From contig PHBN01000001.1 of NCBI GenBank assembly GCA_002840635.1, positions 1 to 44,454 of the forward strand: a DNA stretch of 44,454 bases, read 5' to 3'. The DNA is from Deltaproteobacteria bacterium HGW-Deltaproteobacteria-1 (GTDB taxonomy: Bacteria; Desulfobacterota; Syntrophia; Syntrophales; Smithellaceae). Numbering within the stretch: position 1 is the stretch's first letter; every line of letters starts with the position of its first letter. Under the pieces are notes generated by a model that made no database searches, had not been told where the DNA came from, and worked only from the letters and a program-made list of their open reading frames with translations. Position numbers and translations under genes: made by a program. Below, one piece after another: positions 38,576 through 44,454 of this stretch.

Positions 38576-38606
38576 TGCGAGGCCAGGGCAATGCCCTGGC
38601 CTCGCA
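38576..38606 (+). terminator. strong hairpin terminator
   Basis: TGCGAGGCCAGGGC-AAT-GCCCTGGCCTCGCA, perfect 14-bp stem. Confidence 0.75.
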
Positions 38607-38612
38607 TTATGA

Positions 38613-38747
38613 ACAACGGAAGCCGATGTCATGAAATGGATCGTCGCCCCCATAGTTGGCGGTATAATCACGTCCAACATTCTGGAGTTGATGATTTGTC
38701 CGGCGATTTACAATATATGGCAGGGAGGATCTTTCCAGAAGAAATAG
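38613..38747 (+). pseudogene. C-terminal relic of a CusA/CzcA heavy-metal RND permease
   Basis: EADVMKWIVAPIVGGIITSNILELMICPAIYNIWQ resembles the last TM of CusA (GADVMKRIAAPMVGG...YPAIY); absent from the ORF track. Confidence 0.75.
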
Positions 38748-38848
38748 CAGGTAGCTTATGACTATCATTATCTACTCATTCAACTATCGTTGCTTATTGT
38801 TATAAGGGTATAGATAATGATAACGGGTTGAAAATAAAGTGAAATGCT

Positions 38849-38960
38849 ATGGACTGGATCAAAGAAAACTGGTTTTTTATTTTGTTTTTTATCTTCTTCA
38901 TCTGGATGCCTTTTTCGTCTCCACCATGGCCATGCGCCACACATCCATGTCCTGATAAAT
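38849..38960 (+). pseudogene. DUF2933-like protein, 5' relic
   Basis: MDWIKENWFFILFFIFFIWM, then a frameshifted HHGH tract. Confidence 0.55.
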
Positions 38961-39228
38961 GCAGACAGGAAAACCGGCTCATCACGGATCGCCTCTACGG
39001 GCTGGTGTGGCACCCTCAGTACACGGGACTTTTTATTGCGCTTTTCGGCGAGGCATTGTTCATTGGCCCAACATTTTTTCTGTTCTGCTTTTCCCAATAA
39101 TCGTTCTCGCCTATTTTCTGCTGGCGCGAAGCGAAGAGCGCAAGGTGGAGAACCAGTTTGGTGACGAATATCGCTCTTACCGGAAACGAGTTCCGATGTT
39201 CATTCCACGTTGGGGGCAATGGAGTCAG
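38961..39228 (+). pseudogene. isoprenylcysteine carboxyl methyltransferase-like protein, 3' relic
   Basis: LITDRLYGLVWHPQYTG (frameshift) IVHWP...ARSEE...[17 protein letters not shown]. Confidence 0.78.
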
Positions 39229-39470
39229 CTGAAGGGCGAACTCACCGGCATCGTCCGTGCGAGGCGTTTGAGCAACGCCACAATAGCCAATATCAAGAAA
39301 ACCTGTTCTTTGCCTTTATTTGCAACGCGATTGGCGTACCCATTGCAGCGGGTATTCTGTATCCCAATTTCGGCATTCTTCTCAGCCCGATCATTGCTGC
39401 GGCGGCTATGAGCCTTTCCTCCGTTTCCGTGGTCGGAAATGCCCTCAGGCTGAAGAGAGTAAAGATATAG
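39229..39470 (+). pseudogene. C-terminal relic of a CopA-type Cu(I) P1B-1 ATPase
   Basis: [23 protein letters not shown] (frameshift) [18 protein letters not shown]...[16 protein letters not shown]. Confidence 0.85.
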
Positions 39471-39532
39471 GACAAATTGAAATTATAACCGGGGCGGAAG
39501 GATTACCAATTGTATCTTAGGGAGGTTTATAT

Positions 39533-39922
39533 ATGAAGCGCATAATTTTGATTTTGACAGTTTTATTTTTATCGGTGGGGCTGGCTTACGGGATGGACTA
39601 TGAGGTAATGAAGAAGTCGGGAGACTACACGGTGCAGGTCAAGATCGACCGGAATCCTCCGGCCGTAGGAGACAACAACATGATGATCTGGTTGAAAGAT
39701 GCCGCTGGCAACGATGTTAAGGGCGCCACCATGACGGTAGACTACAGCAAGCCCACCAAATTTTGGAAGTCAGCAAAAAAATACAACTCATGGGCTCAGC
39801 CTCATGAAAACAATTACCATGCAATCCTGGCGGTTCCCACACAGGGGCCATGGGATGTCACTATAAACATCCATCATAGGGGGAAGAGCGTATCAACTGA
39901 GTTCAGAATAGATGTGAAGTAG
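39533..39922 (+). CDS. FixH/YtkA-like exported protein
   Basis: Signal peptide; IDRNPPAVGDN...LKDAAG..VKGA..VDYS.P...GPW.V.I Ig-like pattern. Confidence 0.72.
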   Translation: MKRIILILTVLFLSVGLAYGMDYEVMKKSGDYTVQVKIDRNPPAVGDNNMMIWLKDAAGNDVKGATMTVDYSKPTKFWKSAKKYNSWAQPHENNYHAILAVPTQGPWDVTINIHHRGKSVSTEFRIDVK

Positions 39923-40226
39923 AGGATCTCTATCACGTTCAACTTCAACACCGGTGCTGATCATAAAAGTGGATTGCCGCTCTTATGGTTGACGGTGTTA
40001 TAATTTTGATAATTCTCTAATTGATAATTTATATTGCAATACACATGATATAAAATAGCAGGATCTTAGCTAAATATTAATAGTTTATCCGAATGTATTT
40101 CCATCCGTAATCTTCAGTTCTGGTAATTGCCCGCGACTAAATAGTTGTAGGTGACGTCAATTACTGAGGCAGGACATTTTTTTACACTGTACGTCGTGTC
40201 AATCATCGGTCAGGTCAATTTCTCTT

Positions 40227-41636
40227 TTACTTGTATCCTCCGCCAAGGGCCTTATAGAGCGCGACTGTATTATTGAAACGGGCGAAGTGCAGGGCAATCA
40301 ATCCTTTCTGTGCTCCATAGAGCGAGCGTTGCGCGTCGAGTACAGAGAGGTAGCTGTCAATACCCTTATCATAACGGGCCAGGGTGAGCCGGTAAGCGAC
40401 GGATAAAGCATCAACCAGTGACTGCTGCGCGTTGATCTGCCGGTCGACCGTCCCGTTCACGGCAAGGGCATCGGCCACTTCCCGAAAGGCGGTTTGAATG
40501 GACTTCTCATACTGGGCCACCGCGATTTCCCTGTCTATTTTGGTTACTCCATATGCAAACCATGTACGGGCGTCAAAGATCGGCATAATAATCTGCGGCG
40601 CGAAACTCCATGCGAATGAACCGGGGTTGAAAAGTCCCGATAGTTCGACACTCGCGGTCCCGGCGGCGCCGGTCAGGATGACGCGGGGGAAGAAAGCCGC
40701 GCGGGCGGCGCCGATATTGGCGTTGGCCGCCTTGAGCTGATATTCTGCGGCCAGGATATCCGGCCGGTTTAAAAGCAGTTCCGAAGACAGGCCGGCAGAT
40801 ATTTCGCGGGGGGAGCTGACGCTGGATAAATCCGCCGGCAGAAGTTCCTGCGGAACGGGGGATGCAACGAGGAGATTCAGAGCATTTTCAGATTGTGCCG
40901 TAAGTTGCGTGTAGTTGGCGACATCTCCCCGCGCCACATCAACCTGGCTTTGAGCCCGGCGCAGATCCAGTTCTGAAATCATACCGACATCATATCGTTT
41001 TTGAATCAGTTTGTAGCCGGCTTCCTGAGACTCCAGCGTCTTGGATACCAGATGCAGAGTTTCCCGGTTGGCTGCCACGGCAAGGTACGCCTGCGTTACG
41101 GAGGATATCAGCATTATTTTTGTGCTCAGGCGGGCCTGATCCGTTGCCATAAACTCTTCCAGGGCTTTGTCCTTCAGGCTGCGGATGCGGCCGAAGAAAT
41201 CTACTTCCCAGGAAGTGATACCGATACTGGCATCATATCGTTCGGTGGTAGAGGCGCTGCCGCTTTGTGAAAGATCAGCCGGAACACGTGCCTTGGACAG
41301 GCTTCCGAGCGCATTGATCGTAGGCAAAAGGGATGCTACCCCAATGCCGTACATCGCCTTCATTTTTTCAACATTTAAAGCCGCAACCCGCAGATCACGG
41401 TTGTTCGTCAGCGCTGTTTCAAGAACCTTATGCAGCCGCTCGTCAGTAATGAATTCCGTCCATGGCAGCACCGATACCGCCTGTGCGGATGTCCCGATTT
41501 TTATTTCATCGTACGATGCACCTTTCGGCCATTCAGACGGTACCGGGGCATCCGGCCGCATGTATTTGGGGGCCATCGTACAGCTGCACAGAAAGAGGAC
41601 CGCGATGACCGGCAGAAGGTATAGTTTTCTGTTCAT
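40227..41636 (-). CDS. RND efflux outer-membrane lipoprotein (OprM/NodT family)
   Basis: Lipobox LCSC; NNRDLR, WEVDFFGRIRS, RPDILAAE...ANANIGAARAAFFP, LYKALGGG. Confidence 0.95.
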   Translation of the reverse strand: MNRKLYLLPVIAVLFLCSCTMAPKYMRPDAPVPSEWPKGASYDEIKIGTSAQAVSVLPWTEFITDERLHKVLETALTNNRDLRVAALNVEKMKAMYGIGVASLLPTINALGSLSKARVPADLSQSGSASTTERYDASIGITSWEVDFFGRIRSLKDKALEEFMATDQARLSTKIMLISSVTQAYLAVAANRETLHLVSKTLESQEAGYKLIQKRYDVGMISELDLRRAQSQVDVARGDVANYTQLTAQSENALNLLVASPVPQELLPADLSSVSSPREISAGLSSELLLNRPDILAAEYQLKAANANIGAARAAFFPRVILTGAAGTASVELSGLFNPGSFAWSFAPQIIMPIFDARTWFAYGVTKIDREIAVAQYEKSIQTAFREVADALAVNGTVDRQINAQQSLVDALSVAYRLTLARYDKGIDSYLSVLDAQRSLYGAQKGLIALHFARFNNTVALYKALGGGYK

Positions 41637-41637
41637 A

Positions 41638-44454
41638 TCAATTGACCTCTGATGGATTCACATCGTTTGTGGGGGCTGATTTTTGTTCCACTTGTCTGCC
41701 GAATATTTTTTCAGTCAACCTGCTGAAAAACGAGGGAGTGCCTGTGCCGTCAGGTTTTCCCCGATGCTGTTTGCCGAAGATTGTTTCGATCAGCACATAG
41801 AAGAGGGGAGAGAAGATCAGCACCAGCACTGTCGCGGTGATCATACCTCCCAGCACCCCAGTACCGATGGCGTTTTGGGCTCCCGCGCCAGCTCCGGTAG
41901 TCATGACCAGAGGCAGGATTCCGAAACCAAATGCCAGAGATGTCATGACGATGGGGCGAAAACGAAGTTTTACCCCCTGCAGTGTGGCCTCGATCAGCCC
42001 CATTCCTTTTTCCACGCCCTGTTTGGCGAACTGTACAATCAGGATAGCATTTTTAGTCGTCAGTCCCAGCGTGGTTAAAAGCGCAATCTGAAAATAGACG
42101 TCATTGGGCATTCCCCGGAGGCTGGATGCGATGACGCCTCCGATGACTCCGAGCGGCAACGCCAACAGGATTGAAATGGGTATGGTCCAGCTTTCATAGA
42201 GCGCGGCCAGGCATAGGAAAATCACGAAGATGGAAAAAGCGTAAAGCAGGGGTGCCTGGGTGCTTGCCATTCGTTCCTGGTAGGAAAGACCGGTCCAGTC
42301 AAAACCGAATCCCTGAGGCAGCTTTTTAACCGCATCTTCCATGGCCTGCATGGCCTCTCCCGAACTCTTTCCCGGGGCCGGTTCTCCCCAGATGTTGATG
42401 GACGGGAACCCGTTGAACCTTGCCCGTTTCGGAGCCCCGGATGTCCAGCGTCCGGAGGCAAAAGAAGAAAAGGGGACCATCTTTCCCTGTGTATTGCGGA
42501 CATACAGTTTTTCCAGATCTTTGGGCAGCATGCGGTAGGGGGCATCAGCCTGAACGAAAACCCTTTTTATCCGTCCACCCTGAATAAAATCGTTGACATA
42601 GGAACTGCCGAAGGCCACGGAGAGTGTTCTATGGATGGAGGTAATCGGAATGCCCAGGGCACCGGCTTTTTCCCAGTCCACATCGATCCGGTACTCGGGG
42701 ACATCATCCATACCGTTGGGACGGACCTTGGTTACCCTCGGGTCTTTGGCCACAATGCCCAGGAGTTGGTATTGAGCATTCATCAATGCCTGATGGCCGA
42801 GACCGCCCCGGTCCAGTAACTGAAAGTCAAAGCCCATGGATGAGCCCAGTTCGGGGACGGCCGGCGGTGAGAAGGCAAATACCATGGCATTGCGGATTTT
42901 TGAAAAGGCCATCGTGGCCCTTCCTGCGACAGCCTTTGCTTTCAGATCAGGCCGTTTGCGAAGGTCCCAGTCCTTTAACTTGGCAAACACCATTCCATTG
43001 TTTTGCGACTGTCCGGAAAAGCCGATACCGGTGATGGTCATTGCAGATTCCACCGCTTCTTTTTCGTTATTTCTGAAATAATGCGCAACCTGCTTGGCGA
43101 TGTGATCTGTTTGTTCCAGTGTAGAGCCTGTCGGCATGATTAACTGAGCAAGCAATATCCCCTGGTCTTCATCTGGCAGGTAGCTTTTGGGCATGCGCAG
43201 CCAGAAAAATCCCATGATCGCAACGATAATCAGGAAAAACACCAGAAAGCGTTTCTTGCGGATGAGGGAATGATTGACCAGTTTTACACACCGGTCACGA
43301 ATGCCAAAGAACACACGGTCGAACCAAAGAAAAAAAGGACGCAAAAGTGGATGCGCATGTTCCGCGGGTTCATGTCCCGCTTCAACCGGCTTGAGAAGCC
43401 CCGCACATAATACCGGTGTCAGGATCAGGGCGACAACCACCGAAAGCAGCATGGCGGAGATGATGGTAATTGAGAACTGGCGGTAAATGACACCTGTGGA
43501 CCCGGGAAAAAACGCCATGGGACCGAACACGGCGGCAAGCACAAGTCCAATACCGATCAGCGCGCTGGTAATTTGTTCCATGGACTTGGCGGTGGCTTCT
43601 TTGGGGGGCAGTCCTTCCTCACTCATGATGCGTTCCACATTTTCAACAACGACGATGGCATCATCCACCAGAAGACCGATGGCTAAAACCATGGCAAACA
43701 TGGTCAGCATATTGATGGAAAAACCGAAGAGGGCGAGAACGCCGAACGTTCCCAGAAGGACAACCGGCACGGCTATAGTGGGAATGAGTGTGGCCCGCAT
43801 ATTGCCCAGGAAGAGCCACATCACTAGAAAAACCAGCACAATGGCGATGATGAGGGTCTTGACCACTTCGTTGATGGCCACCTTGATGAAGGCTGTGGAG
43901 TCCATCGGGTACACAACTTTGATCCCTCCAGGAAAAAACCGGCTCATTTCTTTCATCTTTGCTCTGACGGCATCGGCCGTATCCAGGGCATTTGCGCCGG
44001 CAGCCTGGCGGATGGCAATACCAGCCGCAGGTTTGCCGTTGAATTGGGCCTGGATGTCATAAATTTCGGTACCCAGTTCAGTGCGACCCACATCCCTGAT
44101 TCGCACAATTGATCCATCCGGATTGGTGCGCAGGGGGATTTTGGCAAATTCTTCGGGAGTCGAGAGCATGTTCTGGACAACGATAGGTGCGTTCAAACGC
44201 TGGCCTTTTACCTGAGGCGCCCCGCCGAACTGTCCTGCGGAAACCTCCACATTGTAGGCTTTGAGAGACGCCATTACATCTTCCACGGTCAGCCGGTAAT
44301 CCGTCAGTTTTTCAGGATTCAGCCAGATGCGCATTGCGTATCCGCCGCCGAAGATTTGCACTTCGCCCACTCCGGGGACCCGCGCCATGACTTTTTCCAG
44401 ACTGGATTTGGCATAGTCTCTCAGATCATCACCGTCCATGGAGCCGTCTTCAGA
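41638..44454 (-). CDS. acrB: HAE1 family multidrug RND permease, 5'-truncated by window edge
   Basis: MRIWLNP, AIGLLVDDAIVVVENVER, KNAILIV, RFRPIVMTS; frame stays open to the window end. Confidence 0.93.
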   Translation of the reverse strand, partial: SEDGSMDGDDLRDYAKSSLEKVMARVPGVGEVQIFGGGYAMRIWLNPEKLTDYRLTVEDVMASLKAYNVEVSAGQFGGAPQVKGQRLNAPIVVQNMLSTPEEFAKIPLRTNPDGSIVRIRDVGRTELGTEIYDIQAQFNGKPAAGIAIRQAAGANALDTADAVRAKMKEMSRFFPGGIKVVYPMDSTAFIKVAINEVVKTLIIAIVLVFLVMWLFLGNMRATLIPTIAVPVVLLGTFGVLALFGFSINMLTMFAMVLAIGLLVDDAIVVVENVERIMSEEGLPPKEATAKSMEQITSALIGIGLVLAAVFGPMAFFPGSTGVIYRQFSITIISAMLLSVVVALILTPVLCAGLLKPVEAGHEPAEHAHPLLRPFFLWFDRVFFGIRDRCVKLVNHSLIRKKRFLVFFLIIVAIMGFFWLRMPKSYLPDEDQGILLAQLIMPTGSTLEQTDHIAKQVAHYFRNNEKEAVESAMTITGIGFSGQSQNNGMVFAKLKDWDLRKRPDLKAKAVAGRATMAFSKIRNAMVFAFSPPAVPELGSSMGFDFQLLDRGGLGHQALMNAQYQLLGIVAKDPRVTKVRPNGMDDVPEYRIDVDWEKAGALGIPITSIHRTLSVAFGSSYVNDFIQGGRIKRVFVQADAPYRMLPKDLEKLYVRNTQGKMVPFSSFASGRWTSGAPKRARFNGFPSINIWGEPAPGKSSGEAMQAMEDAVKKLPQGFGFDWTGLSYQERMASTQAPLLYAFSIFVIFLCLAALYESWTIPISILLALPLGVIGGVIASSLRGMPNDVYFQIALLTTLGLTTKNAILIVQFAKQGVEKGMGLIEATLQGVKLRFRPIVMTSLAFGFGILPLVMTTGAGAGAQNAIGTGVLGGMITATVLVLIFSPLFYVLIETIFGKQHRGKPDGTGTPSFFSRLTEKIFGRQVEQKSAPTNDVNPSEVN

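Noticed and set aside
40005-40040. Fur-like box (TTGATAAT repeated)
   Set aside because: It lies between convergent gene ends in AT-rich DNA and lacks a proper palindrome.
1-44454. CRISPR array, tRNA or rRNA genes
   Set aside because: No regularly spaced repeats or recognisable structural RNA genes were seen by eye.

Overview
A 44.5-kb bacterial accessory region. The host is probably a deltaproteobacterial (Syntrophales-like) anaerobe, inferred only from the protein families present. From left to right: the 3' end of a trehalose-phosphatase gene; MarR and USP genes; small Gly/Met-rich exported proteins and CueP; a usp-ackA-phosphate acyltransferase-DUF3141 (PHA-synthase-like) operon; a complete Cys-type periplasmic formate dehydrogenase operon; a run of four monoheme c-cytochromes ending in a Cyc2-like cytochrome-porin fusion; a GC-richer ion-homeostasis block (CopB, DUF2254, CPA1 antiporter, P3A H+-ATPase); an MtfA/M90 peptidase; a ZraSR-like sigma-54 two-component system with a visible divergent promoter and tandem enhancers; a collapsed copper-resistance cluster; and an AcrB/OprM-type RND pump running off the right edge. 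The fdh-to-ATPase segment (~22 kb) lies between two diverged direct copies of one locus. Many deletion-fused gene relics, an IS3 end and a 51-bp MITE indicate heavy remodelling. The best candidate for a new system is the FDH plus periplasmic cytochromes plus Cyc2-like outer-membrane conduit. No rRNA, tRNA or CRISPR array was seen. All family assignments come from motif recognition, not database searches.
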